Shown here one piece after another: positions 1 to 8,867 of a stretch of DNA of 64,000 nucleotides; within the stretch, counting starts at the first letter, position 1, and each line of letters begins with the position of its first letter. Under the pieces are notes generated by a model. The model was not told where the DNA came from, made no database searches, and worked only from the letters and a program-made list of their open reading frames with translations. The translations under genes were made by a program, and so were the position numbers. Location: the NCBI GenBank assembly GCA_964577935.1, contig CAZOAJ010000003.1, forward strand, positions 24,618 to 88,617, in the 5' to 3' direction. The stretch is from an uncultured bacterium (GTDB lineage Bacteria; Chlamydiota; Chlamydiia; Chlamydiales; FEN-1388).

Positions 1-330
1 AAAATAGAAATGAAAAGGAACATTTGATCCATTTTTGATCATATATCGAACACCACGAATGCCCAAAACGTTTCCTATTTCATGGGGATCAGAGATTGTG
101 GCGACCGTTCCATGAGGAACAGCTAAACGGGCAAATTCGGAGGGGATCAGCATCGAACTTTCTATATGAACGTGAGCGTCTATGAATCCAGGAAGAATGT
201 ATTGGTCTGAAATTGTATTTTGAGTAGGCCTCATCGAAGTGATAACTTCGTTTTCAACAGTGACTACACCTGGGAAAATCTTTCTTTGTATGAGGTCTAC
301 GATATTACCTGAGAGTGTAAATTTATTCAT
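1..330 (-). CDS. ade: adenine deaminase, N-terminal part (C-terminal part lies beyond the left edge)
   Basis: My own translation of the minus strand from the ATG at 330-328 gives MNKFTLSGNIVDL...YILPGFIDAHVHIESSMLIPSEFARLAVPHGTVATISDPHEIGNVLG. The GFIDAHxHIESS and SDPHEI motifs are the adenine deaminase / amidohydrolase signature. The frame stays open to position 1. It is not on the ORF track because it is truncated. Confidence 0.75.
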   Translation of the reverse strand, partial: MNKFTLSGNIVDLIQRKIFPGVVTVENEVITSMRPTQNTISDQYILPGFIDAHVHIESSMLIPSEFARLAVPHGTVATISDPHEIGNVLGIRGVRYMIKNGSNVPFHFYF

Positions 331-520
331 GGGTTCCTCAGTTTAGTCAAAATGAGACGCTGTTGTAGAAATTTTTGAAAACAACTTAGCTCAAGTCATA
401 TAGGTTCATTGCATTCTAAAAAATCATCGAATGATGTAAATGAAATTTTTAATGACTTGATCTGTTCAATGTCATTGCTTGTAGATTGATTTAAGCAACC
501 AAAGTGTGGAGAGTTACATC

Positions 521-886
521 ATGAAGTTGCGTGCAATTTTGTTCGGTATGTTGTTTTTCTTTCCGTTGTGCATATTTGCAGGTGTATCTGGAACGTATAA
601 AGTCTCTGGGTATGATCCTTATCTCAATAAAAAATATAAGGGAATAGTCGAGATAAAAAAGGTAGGAGAAATCTACACAGCTCATTGGATATTTGAAGGT
701 GGAGATCAAGATTTTGCTACAGGTGTTAAAAACTGCAATAGCATTGCTTTTACCTTCAATACAGCTGGAACTGCAACTTATGGCGTTCAGTTATATCAAA
801 TACATAATGATACTCTTAAGGGACCATGGGTCAACTATGGTGATGTTAAGAAAGGATTTGAGAAAGCCAGGAAAATTCACCAGTAA
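521..886 (+). CDS. small secreted hypothetical protein (signal peptide)
   Basis: ORF 506..886. The ATG at 521 is preceded by GGAGAG. The N-terminus MKLRAILFGMLFFFPLCIFAG is signal-peptide-like. I recognise no family. Confidence 0.5.
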   Translation: MKLRAILFGMLFFFPLCIFAGVSGTYKVSGYDPYLNKKYKGIVEIKKVGEIYTAHWIFEGGDQDFATGVKNCNSIAFTFNTAGTATYGVQLYQIHNDTLKGPWVNYGDVKKGFEKARKIHQ

Positions 887-972
887 ATAGCTGTAAATTT
901 CTAGCCCATAAGTGTGTTCAATACAGCGATCGATCAAAAATAATCGATCAAGAACAATCGCTCAAGAATATT

Positions 973-1003
973 AGATACGGTGGACGCTATATCCACCGTA
1001 TCT
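973..1003. terminator. stem-loop between convergent genes (possible bidirectional terminator)
   Basis: AGATACGGTGGA-cgctata-TCCACCGTATCT forms a 12 bp perfect stem. The U-tract is weak. Confidence 0.35.
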
Positions 1004-1025
1004 CTTGATACAGGCATACACTATT

Positions 1026-1883
1026 CTAGTAGCTCGTGGTTAGGCCTCCATCGATAACTAAATTTTGGCCTGTGATAAAGTCTGATTCCTTTGACAGAAG
1101 GAATTTTGCAGCGCTTGCTACTTCTTGTGGCTCGGCATGTCTATGTAAAGGGACCTTAGCAGTATCTTTATCCATTTGCTCGGAGTAGCTTGTTTCTTGT
1201 GTCTGAGCTTTTTGGGCAATTCGATTTTTGTGAAATTCCGTAAGTACGACTCCTGGCGAAAGCACATTAATGTGTATTCCCCTGGGTCCTAATTGGTGTG
1301 ATAAAGCTTTAGAATATGTTGTCCACATTCTTCTTAAAACACAAGCCGGTCCATATTCGGGTAATACTTGTACTGAAGTTATGCCTCCGATAATGACGAT
1401 CTTGCTTTTATCTTGCATGTGGGGCAGGACTTGTCGAAGAAGATCAACTGGTCCTGTAAATGCCGATTGAAAAAGCTGTAGCCATTCTGATTGATCTTGC
1501 AGTAGGTCATGGCTAAATTGAGGGCGAGGAGTAATAAGTACAAGGCCTGTTAGCAATTCGTCTTTGTCTCCAATCTGTTTTTGGATCTCTTTGATTGAAT
1601 CGGCTGAGGTGTAATCAAGATGGGCTGTGCGATATTCATGATCGTACGTCTTTTCAAGCTCACCTTTTAGTTGAAGAAGTTTATCTAGATTTCGGCCTGC
1701 GAGTATAAGGTTATGGTCGTGGGCAAGCGTTAGCGCAATTGCTTTCCCTATTTCGCCAGATGCGCAAGTGACTATTATGGTGGAGGGTATTTTTTTTAGA
1801 TGGCTTAAGCCTTGATTGCATAGTGCTAAAGATGGAGAGACGCAAAATGCCAGACAAAAGAGCTGTGTGAGCAATAATCGCAT
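1026..1883 (-). CDS. short-chain dehydrogenase/reductase (SDR) family protein with hydrophobic N-terminus
   Basis: It has a Rossmann-type glycine motif (IIVTCASGEIGKAIA) and an SDR-like C-terminal half (IHINVLSPGVVLT, ITGQNLVIDGG). The N-terminus MRLLLTQLFCLAFCVSPSLALC is signal-like. Confidence 0.7.
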   Translation of the reverse strand: MRLLLTQLFCLAFCVSPSLALCNQGLSHLKKIPSTIIVTCASGEIGKAIALTLAHDHNLILAGRNLDKLLQLKGELEKTYDHEYRTAHLDYTSADSIKEIQKQIGDKDELLTGLVLITPRPQFSHDLLQDQSEWLQLFQSAFTGPVDLLRQVLPHMQDKSKIVIIGGITSVQVLPEYGPACVLRRMWTTYSKALSHQLGPRGIHINVLSPGVVLTEFHKNRIAQKAQTQETSYSEQMDKDTAKVPLHRHAEPQEVASAAKFLLSKESDFITGQNLVIDGGLTTSY

Positions 1884-1982
1884 AGAGTATACCTTGTCAG
1901 AAATATCAAATTTTTCTTGCGGAAAGGATCCTTATAAAAAAACGAATTATAATCACTCAGAATTTGATCTTTTTCGCTGGTC

Positions 1983-2012
1983 TTGACGTTAAAATAATTT
2001 ATTTAATAAAAT
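1983..2012 (+). promoter_or_regulatory. candidate sigma70-type promoter (TTGACG-N18-TAAAAT)
   Basis: The -35 TTGACG is at 1983-1988 and the -10 TAAAAT at 2007-2012, upstream of the small ORF at 2103. Confidence 0.35.
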
Positions 2013-2102
2013 GAGGAGCGAAGGTGAGTGTTGAAGTAAGCATCTCTTGCGGGTTTTGATTTTGGTATTATTCATGAGTGGGAGACCACGAAGGAGGATA
2101 CA

Positions 2103-2255
2103 ATGGCCAAAGGATCAGGACATCGGAAAGAGGATAAGAAAAAGCCTCGATTAACCCTTAAAGAACGAAGAGCTAAAAAGCACGATAAGAAGCTCCATAA
2201 GCAAGAGCATCGTGTTGATGAGGTTGTTCATTTTTTTGATGACAATACAATTTAG
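2103..2255 (+). CDS. small highly basic protein (50 aa), hypothetical
   Basis: My own translation gives MAKGSGHRKEDKKKPRLTLKERRAKKHDKKLHKQEHRVDEVVHFFDDNTI. A strong RBS (GAAGGAGG) lies 5 nt upstream of the ATG. A candidate promoter lies upstream and a hairpin plus T-tract terminator downstream. It is below the ORF-track size cutoff. Confidence 0.45.
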   Translation: MAKGSGHRKEDKKKPRLTLKERRAKKHDKKLHKQEHRVDEVVHFFDDNTI

Positions 2256-2343
2256 ATTCTCTTCGCTCAATAAACGAGTCTTAAAGAGTCTACGAGCTTT
2301 TGGAGTCTATACATCTATGCGGTTCGTGTAGATGATTCGAATG

Positions 2344-2392
2344 CAGGGCGCTTTGGAAGGTTCTCTATCTTCTAAAGCGCCCTGTTTTGTTT
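2344..2392 (+). terminator. rho-independent terminator
   Basis: CAGGGCGCTTT-(18 nt)-AAAGCGCCCTG forms an 11 bp stem, followed by TTTTGTTTG. Confidence 0.6.
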
Positions 2393-2445
2393 GTGAAGCT
2401 TTCGGTTTATTTCATCAATGCATTAATGGCTTTACTTGAGTGGCT

Positions 2446-3393
2446 TTACTTGCATGTTTGAAATGTATGAGCTTCTTCGGTGACTACATCGTCTAAAAAC
2501 TTTGGCAGCACAAACGATGCATTATGTATTGCTGGAGTGTAGTAGCGAAGAGATCCTTTGATTGTACTGAATCTTTTTGTGAGCTCTTCTAAAGAAATTT
2601 GGCGCAGAGAAGCGTTATCTGAAGCCCATCCAAATGCCATAAAGCCGCCTACATAGCTTGGGATAACTCCAAGATAAAATCCTACGTCTTTAAAGTGCGA
2701 AGCACGATTTTTGTAGGTATCTCTCATCTCATCTTGTTGGAGAAATGGAACTCCATTTTGGTTAACAAAGATCCCGTTTTCCGAAAGGAGGTTATGACAA
2801 TCTTTATAAAATTCAGAGGTAAACAGAACCGCACCAGGACCAATTGGATCAGTTGAATCGCATATGATTACGTCAAATTTCTCGAAGCATTGTTTGACAT
2901 ACTCGCACCCATCTGTAATGATAATTTCGGCTCGAGGATTCTCAAAGGCTCCATCTGAGATAGCAGCGAGGTGTTTTTTTGAAAACTCGACAACCGATGC
3001 ATCTATTTCCACGAGTACAGCCTTTTCAACTGTCGTATGTTTTAAAACTTCTCGTAATATCCCTCCATCTCCACCGCCAATTATAAGTACTTTCTTCGGA
3101 TTCCCATGAGCGATAAGGGGAACATGAGCCATCATTTCTTGATAAACGAATTCATCTTTTTCTGTTATTTGGATAACTCCGTCAAGAGCGAGTACCTTTC
3201 CGAATGTCTTATTATTGAAAATGAGTAAATGTTGGTGCTCGGTTTTTTCCTCATATATTTTTTCGTCGATTGAAAATGTTTGTCTCCATGAGTCGTAGAG
3301 TGTTTCTGTATACCATTCTTGTGCTGCAACGAGGCTTGAAGAGATGTTTAGAAGAGCGCTGAATCCAAAGAGGAAAGATTTTGTTTTGTTCAT
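2446..3393 (-). CDS. speE: spermidine synthase (polyamine aminopropyltransferase) with signal-peptide-like N-terminal extension
   Basis: WYTETLYDSW...YEEKTEHQHLLIF...GKVLALDGVIQITEKDEFVYQEMMAHVPL...VLIIGGGDGGILREVLKH...IICDSTDP aligns by eye with E. coli SpeE from residue ~7. About 25 extra N-terminal residues (MNKTKSFLFGFSALLNISSSLVAAQE) precede that point. Confidence 0.85.
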   Translation of the reverse strand: MNKTKSFLFGFSALLNISSSLVAAQEWYTETLYDSWRQTFSIDEKIYEEKTEHQHLLIFNNKTFGKVLALDGVIQITEKDEFVYQEMMAHVPLIAHGNPKKVLIIGGGDGGILREVLKHTTVEKAVLVEIDASVVEFSKKHLAAISDGAFENPRAEIIITDGCEYVKQCFEKFDVIICDSTDPIGPGAVLFTSEFYKDCHNLLSENGIFVNQNGVPFLQQDEMRDTYKNRASHFKDVGFYLGVIPSYVGGFMAFGWASDNASLRQISLEELTKRFSTIKGSLRYYTPAIHNASFVLPKFLDDVVTEEAHTFQTCK

Positions 3394-3497
3394 GAATGAA
3401 CCTCAATTTATGTTCACGCCCAGACGTAATAGATGTTTCTGAATTAAATTTCAGTGATAATCTGTAAGCCTAGTGCAAGAATTTCATCCTCGTGGAC

Positions 3498-4358
3498 TTA
3501 ATTTTTGGACAGTTCTTGTTCGAAAAGAGACTTGTCGAAGTACTTCTTTTTTAGGCGCATGGGAATAATTTTCTCTGGATCCCACGTGGTTTTAATTTTC
3601 TCTTTCTTGAGTTTTTTGAACCCAAGTTTCTTATAAAATCCGCAGGCGGTATTTATCGACTCAACATAGAGGCCGTTAAGTTTTTTCTTAACGCATCGTC
3701 TTGCAAGTCGAGCAAAGATAGCCCTTGATGCCCCATAAACGCGTGTATATTCGGTTTCATTCACTTCAGAGCGAATATTGATTGGATTGGATGCTATGAG
3801 ATCAACTTTTATATATCGGCCTAAGCTTGATCCTGAAGATTTGTAAACATCTTTTACATTTGTGAGTGCAATTGCTTGCGCATGTCTTAGGGTTTTGTCT
3901 TGGCATACAAAAACCGTATCCCGAATATTTTTTCGATGATGTTTGTTTAAACGGTGAGAGATTAAATTTAACGTATTTTTTGAATCGGAGAATACTTTTT
4001 TGAAGTAAGGGTCCTTGCAATTCTCTTCTTTTGTTTGAGCGACCGCTTTCCACTGTTTAACAATAGAAGAGATTTGGATCCTTTCCGGGCTATCTATTTG
4101 AAATTTTTTGACACGAAGTGATCTTGTATAAAAATCAGTGCCGAAAATGATGGAGAATGACTTTACACAGCATCCAATCAAGGCAAGAGGTGCTGTTAAA
4201 ATGCATAAGGCTACCATACATATGGTCTGAGTAGTCTGAGAGATTCCGTTTAAAGATCTCTCGCTATTTGATAGTTTGGTAATAATTTGTTTTGTTGGTT
4301 CTAGTAAGCATTCTCCATACAAGAAGGGGTCATATACAAGCCTTGTTATAATATTCAT
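3498..4358 (-). CDS. membrane-anchored protein with C-terminal GNAT-like acetyltransferase fold
   Basis: One hydrophobic segment (ICMVALCILTAPLALIGCCV) lies near residue 45-65. The C-terminus has GNAT-like motif A/B patterns (RVYGASRAIFARLARRC ... ACGFYKKLGFKK). Confidence 0.45.
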   Translation of the reverse strand: MNIITRLVYDPFLYGECLLEPTKQIITKLSNSERSLNGISQTTQTICMVALCILTAPLALIGCCVKSFSIIFGTDFYTRSLRVKKFQIDSPERIQISSIVKQWKAVAQTKEENCKDPYFKKVFSDSKNTLNLISHRLNKHHRKNIRDTVFVCQDKTLRHAQAIALTNVKDVYKSSGSSLGRYIKVDLIASNPINIRSEVNETEYTRVYGASRAIFARLARRCVKKKLNGLYVESINTACGFYKKLGFKKLKKEKIKTTWDPEKIIPMRLKKKYFDKSLFEQELSKN

Positions 4359-4506
4359 TTATATTCAGATTCCTTGATGATAAAGACAAATTTTAATGAG
4401 GGATAGTAGTGTAAATTTTTCGGGTTGACAAATGTTTTATGCGATATGACTAAAAATTCATAACTTACGTATAAAAAATACTTAACAATGAAAGGAAGAG
4501 AGCTTA

Positions 4507-5985
4507 ATGACTATCAGAATTTTATTGATTTTGAGTATCTGGTTTATTCTAGATAAAAAAACTGCTGAGTCAAAAGATTCAGACACACGAACTCCAATCA
4601 AACATTTAGTCGTTATCTTTCAGGAAAATAGAACGTTTGACCACTATTTCGGGACCTATCCCCATGCTGAAAATAGAACCGGTGAGAGAGCCTTTCATCC
4701 AAAAAAGAATACTCCCTCTATAAATGGTTTGACCAAGGCTCTTAGAAAAAGTACTACAAATCTCACTTCTCCATTTCGACTGTCGCCATCAGAAGTAAAT
4801 ACCAGTAATCCAGGACACACATACACTCTATTGCAACAGGCATGTGGTCGTGGCCTGATGGATCAATTTGTACAGACGACAGGCAGTGTTTGCCCGAATC
4901 CATCGATAGTGATGGGATATTTTGATGGAAATACGGTCACGGCCTTATGGAACTACGCTCAGTATTTTTCAATGAGCGATAACTTTCACTCTACAACAAT
5001 TGCGGGCTCTACGGTTGGAGCCGTGAACCTTATATCAGGGCAGCTTCATGGGGCAACTCCTAGCTCTTTAACCTATTTATCTATTCCAATTGTTGTGCAA
5101 GGGACACTTTTGAATGATATTGATCCAAAATATGATAGATGCTCTAAAGGTCCTACAGTCGAACTTAAAGGAAAAAATATAGGTAATCGATTAAACGCAA
5201 AGAAAATAACCTGGGGATGGTTTCAAGGCGGCTTTAGAAGTTGCACAGCTTCGCATATCGGTCCAGAAGGTTTGAGCGTCGTCGATTATGTGCCGCACCA
5301 TAATCCATTTCAATTCTATCGAAGCACTTCAAACGCGCGCCACAAATCACCTAGTTCAGTAAAAAAAATTGGATACACCGATAGAGCAAACCATCTGTAT
5401 GACCTTGATGATTTTTGGAAGGCCTTAAAATGCGGAAACCTTCCTTCGGTCTCCTTTTTAAAGGCTCCTGCTTACCAAAATGGACATGCCGTAAATTCGA
5501 ATCCACTCCTTGAACAATCATTTCTCGTTTCGACAATCAATAGATTGCAGATGGCTCCACAGTGGAAAGATATGGCTATAATTATTGCCTATGACGATTC
5601 TGGGGGTTGGTATGATCATGAAATGCCGCCCATAATTAATGAATCTCAATGTTCGGCAGATGGATTGATTTCAACCGGAAATTCGGGTAATAGAGCCCCT
5701 TTTGGAGGTTATCAGGGGCGTTTAGGCTATGGGATGAGACTTCCATTTATTTTGATTTCTCCATGGGCGAAAGAAAATTATGTTGAGCATTCTTTGATCG
5801 ATCAGACCTCGATTCTCCGTTTTATTGAATACAACTGGAAATTAAAGAAGATTGGAAATTTTTCATTCGATTCAAGAGCTGGAAGGCTCGATGGTATGTT
5901 TAATTTCACAGAGAGAAAATTGAGATATCTTTACTTGGATCCTGAAACGGGGGATCGTTTACTCCTCAAGAAATCCAATTATTGA
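4507..5985 (+). CDS. phosphoesterase family protein (non-haemolytic phospholipase C / AcpA-type acid phosphatase), secreted
   Basis: The N-terminal signal is MTIRILLILSIWFIL. The hallmark IKHLVVIFQENRTFDHYFGTYP motif of the phosphoesterase (PLC/AcpA) family is present. Length is 492 aa. Confidence 0.8.
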   Translation: MTIRILLILSIWFILDKKTAESKDSDTRTPIKHLVVIFQENRTFDHYFGTYPHAENRTGERAFHPKKNTPSINGLTKALRKSTTNLTSPFRLSPSEVNTSNPGHTYTLLQQACGRGLMDQFVQTTGSVCPNPSIVMGYFDGNTVTALWNYAQYFSMSDNFHSTTIAGSTVGAVNLISGQLHGATPSSLTYLSIPIVVQGTLLNDIDPKYDRCSKGPTVELKGKNIGNRLNAKKITWGWFQGGFRSCTASHIGPEGLSVVDYVPHHNPFQFYRSTSNARHKSPSSVKKIGYTDRANHLYDLDDFWKALKCGNLPSVSFLKAPAYQNGHAVNSNPLLEQSFLVSTINRLQMAPQWKDMAIIIAYDDSGGWYDHEMPPIINESQCSADGLISTGNSGNRAPFGGYQGRLGYGMRLPFILISPWAKENYVEHSLIDQTSILRFIEYNWKLKKIGNFSFDSRAGRLDGMFNFTERKLRYLYLDPETGDRLLLKKSNY

Positions 5986-6061
5986 GGCTGTTGAACCAAT
6001 GGGCCGGTTTTTGAATTCCGGTTATTGAATATTGAGAAAAAAATTAAATTTGGAGAAAGAG

Positions 6062-6667
6062 ATGGAGTCTCAGCAACACAAGTCTGAAATTAGACCCAAG
6101 ATTCTTGCATTTGCCGGCAGTTTACGTAAGGATTCCCTCAATAAGAAAATGGTTAAAATTGCCTCTTTAGGTGCTGAAGCCGCTGGCGGACAAGTTACCT
6201 ATATCGATCTTAATGACTATCCATTGCCTTTATATAATCAAGATCTTGAAGAGAGCCAAGGCATACCAGAAAACGCACAAAAGCTGAAAGAACTCATGAT
6301 TTCTCATGATGGATTTTTAATCGCCTCTCCAGAGTATAACAGCTCAATATCAGGACCTTTAAAGAATGTTATCGACTGGACTTCGCGAAAAGGATCCCCG
6401 GATGAGAAAAATCTGGTCTGTTTTATTGATAAGGTCGTGGTTCTTATGAGTGCATCTCCAGGGGCTCTAGGCGGTCTTCGTGGATTAGTTCATCTAAGAG
6501 CTATTTTCGGAAACATATATAGTGTTGTACTGCCTCAACAAAAATCTATTCCATATGCAGATAAGGAAATCGATGAAGGGGGGGATTTTAAGGAGGCTAA
6601 GCTGCAAAATGAAGTCCTTGATTTAGGGAAAAAAATTGTCAGCTTTCTCAAGAAATATAAAGCATAA
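6062..6667 (+). CDS. NAD(P)H-dependent FMN reductase family oxidoreductase
   Basis: KILAFAGSLRKDSLNKKMV...LIASPEYNSSISGPLKNVIDWTSR is the FMN_red pattern. The ATG at 6062 is preceded by GGAGAAAGAG and is preferred over the TTG at 6032. Confidence 0.75.
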   Translation: MESQQHKSEIRPKILAFAGSLRKDSLNKKMVKIASLGAEAAGGQVTYIDLNDYPLPLYNQDLEESQGIPENAQKLKELMISHDGFLIASPEYNSSISGPLKNVIDWTSRKGSPDEKNLVCFIDKVVVLMSASPGALGGLRGLVHLRAIFGNIYSVVLPQQKSIPYADKEIDEGGDFKEAKLQNEVLDLGKKIVSFLKKYKA

Positions 6668-6943
6668 AATATAAGGCTTAGATTTCGTCAACTCAGGTTA
6701 TGCAGAATATTTGCGATCTATTCGGTCATCTATTTTGAGGATGGCTTACCTAAGATATTCGAGGTGGAAGACTAGAATTAGATTCATGTCGTGCTGTGCC
6801 TTTTGCCAAGTAGAACAGGTTAAAAAAGACCTCTTTTTGGGCTGATTTGAAATGAATAGGTAAAAAAATATCAAAAGATTTTGCGAAAAATCATACGTAT
6901 TGGCAAACCATTTCCGTTATAGGTTTATCAATAGGATTGATAT

Positions 6944-7627
6944 ATGAAAAAAATGTTTTTACCGTTATTCGCCACATGCTTATTCGTCCAAAGCCTATTT
7001 GGAGATACTTCAGATAACTGGGTTCAATATCGGGATGCTCACGTTCGTCTCTTGCCGACAATTCATGGGTGGTGCACGCCTGAGAAAGCTACACGTATGA
7101 TGAATATAATCCATGAAAAAAAGCCCAATGTCTACGTGGAGGTTGGAGTTTTTGGAGGAAGTTCTTTTTTGCCGGCAACTGCCGCCTTAGCATATCAAAA
7201 AAAGGGAGTAGCTTACGCTATAGACCCTTGGGACAATAAAGCATGCATTGAAGGCGAAACTGAATTAAATGCCGATTGGTGGAGCAAAGTTGATCTTAAG
7301 ATGATTATGAGCTCATTTATCGATCTCATGCACACAAATAATCTTGATCCTTATTATTCGATATTAAGAATGACCTCTGAAAGATCTGTACAAGTGTTTA
7401 AGAATAATTCAATAGATGTCATTCATATTGATGGGAACCATTCAGAGCAATCAGCGCTTTTTGATGTTCAAAATTGGCTGCCTAAGGTCAAGAAAGGCGG
7501 AGTCATTATTTTTGATGATGTCAATTGGCAATCGACCAGAGAGGCTGTAATGTATCTATACGAGAGATGTGATATTGATCCGCTTTGCGGACCAAATGAC
7601 ACATATCTAGTATTTACAAAACGTTAA
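6944..7627 (+). CDS. class I SAM-dependent methyltransferase (O-methyltransferase-like) with signal-like N-terminus
   Basis: VYVEVGVFGGSS (motif I-like) ... IDVIHIDGNHSEQSALFDVQNWLPKVKKGGVIIFDDV. The N-terminus is MKKMFLPLFATCLFVQSLFG. Confidence 0.6.
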   Translation: MKKMFLPLFATCLFVQSLFGDTSDNWVQYRDAHVRLLPTIHGWCTPEKATRMMNIIHEKKPNVYVEVGVFGGSSFLPATAALAYQKKGVAYAIDPWDNKACIEGETELNADWWSKVDLKMIMSSFIDLMHTNNLDPYYSILRMTSERSVQVFKNNSIDVIHIDGNHSEQSALFDVQNWLPKVKKGGVIIFDDVNWQSTREAVMYLYERCDIDPLCGPNDTYLVFTKR

Positions 7628-7704
7628 AACAAGCCTTGACTACAGGTATACAAGAGTAGAGTAGTTCTATTCTTGTATACAGAAGATCTTTCTTAGGAGG
7701 AAGT

Positions 7705-8289
7705 ATGATTCTCAAGTGGATTCCAACTCTCGCTTTGGTTATCCTTAACTGCTTAACACCATATTCAATCAAAGCAGAACAAAGCATTACAGAGGAAAAA
7801 TCATCTGTGAAACAAGAACGCCCGATTGTTGTTATAGAAACAAACCAAGGTAATTTTGAAGTAGTCCTATTTCCAGATATAGCACCTAAGGCTTGTGAGA
7901 ACTTCATTACTCATGCAGAAAAAGGGTACTATAAAGGCACTACCTTCCATAGAGTCATTTCAGGATTTATGATCCAGGGCGGAGACCCTAGGGGTAATGG
8001 TACAGGCGGGGAGTCGATTTGGGGAAAATCTTTTGAAGATGAATTCTCTCCAAAAGTTAAGTTTGATAAGCCTGGGCTCTTAGCAATGGCTAACGCAGGT
8101 CCAAATACAAATGGAAGCCAGTTTTTTATCACTACAGCCCCAACGCCTTGGCTTAACTCCCGCCATACAATTTTTGGTGAGGTGGTAAAAGGGTATGATG
8201 TGGTGCAAAAAATAGAATCGACACCTGTCGGAAGTCAAGATCGTCCAAAAGAAGTGCAAAAAATTATTAACATTGTCGTTAAAAAATAA
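7705..8289 (+). CDS. ppiB: cyclophilin-type peptidyl-prolyl cis-trans isomerase, exported
   Basis: [27 protein letters not shown]...[16 protein letters not shown]...[11 protein letters not shown] is the canonical cyclophilin signature. It has an N-terminal signal peptide. Confidence 0.9.
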   Translation: MILKWIPTLALVILNCLTPYSIKAEQSITEEKSSVKQERPIVVIETNQGNFEVVLFPDIAPKACENFITHAEKGYYKGTTFHRVISGFMIQGGDPRGNGTGGESIWGKSFEDEFSPKVKFDKPGLLAMANAGPNTNGSQFFITTAPTPWLNSRHTIFGEVVKGYDVVQKIESTPVGSQDRPKEVQKIINIVVKK

Positions 8290-8303
8290 GCTTTTTGTTC
8301 TTT

Positions 8304-8335
8304 GATCCCTTTTGTTGTCCTAGACAAAAGGGATC
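8304..8335 (+). terminator. stem-loop downstream of ppiB
   Basis: GATCCCTTTTGT-tgtcctag-ACAAAAGGGATC forms a 12 bp perfect stem. There is no clear U-tract. Confidence 0.35.
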
Positions 8336-8438
8336 TCCATCTTCAGTCAATCATCGACTGAGCAGCGCTATTCCTGTTTGAAAAAAAACTTTAACATGTA
8401 CCAGGATGACCTTATCGTTTTACGTATAGAGGAAATCT

Positions 8439-8819
8439 ATGAGTATTTTAGTTTTTTTAGGTCGCTTGTGCTTTTCCGCAATTTTTATACTTGCTTCTTT
8501 TAATCACTTTACTCAGGGCGCTATCGACTACGCAGCGGCACAAGGAGTGCCTATGCCTGGATTGCTCGTGCCATGTTCTGGTTTATTGGCTCTTTTCGGG
8601 GGATTGAGCATTCTTTTTGGATATAAAGCCCGGTTGGGAGCTTGGATGATTGTTCTTTTCTTGCTTCCTGTAACAGTTATGATGCATAACTTTTGGCAGG
8701 TACAAGATCCTGTTATGGCAGGTATCCAGCTTATTATGTTTATGAAAAACGTATCTATGTTAGGAGGGGCTCTATTAATTGCGTATTTTGGAGCAGGGCC
8801 TTTTAGCGTAGACAGATAA
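8439..8819 (+). CDS. DoxX family membrane protein
   Basis: 126 aa with four hydrophobic helices. The sequence (FLGRLCFSAIFILASFNHF...LFGGLSILFGYKARLGAWMIVLFLLPVTVMMHNFW) looks DoxX-like. Confidence 0.6.
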   Translation: MSILVFLGRLCFSAIFILASFNHFTQGAIDYAAAQGVPMPGLLVPCSGLLALFGGLSILFGYKARLGAWMIVLFLLPVTVMMHNFWQVQDPVMAGIQLIMFMKNVSMLGGALLIAYFGAGPFSVDR

Positions 8820-8831
8820 ATTCACATAGAC

Positions 8832-8857
8832 AGGCCAAAATAACCTAATTTTGGCCT
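8832..8857. terminator. bidirectional hairpin between convergent genes
   Basis: AGGCCAAAAT-aaccta-ATTTTGGCCT forms a 10 bp perfect stem. Confidence 0.45.
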
Positions 8858-8867
8858 ATCACACTTT

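Noticed and set aside
4425-4460. Perfect TTGACA upstream of the phosphoesterase gene
   Set aside because: The nearest good -10 (TAAAAT) is about 20 nt away, too far for a canonical sigma70 promoter. It is not called.
7614-7907. 97 aa minus-strand ORF spanning the methyltransferase/ppiB junction
   Set aside because: It overlaps the ends of two well-supported plus-strand genes and has no supporting signals.
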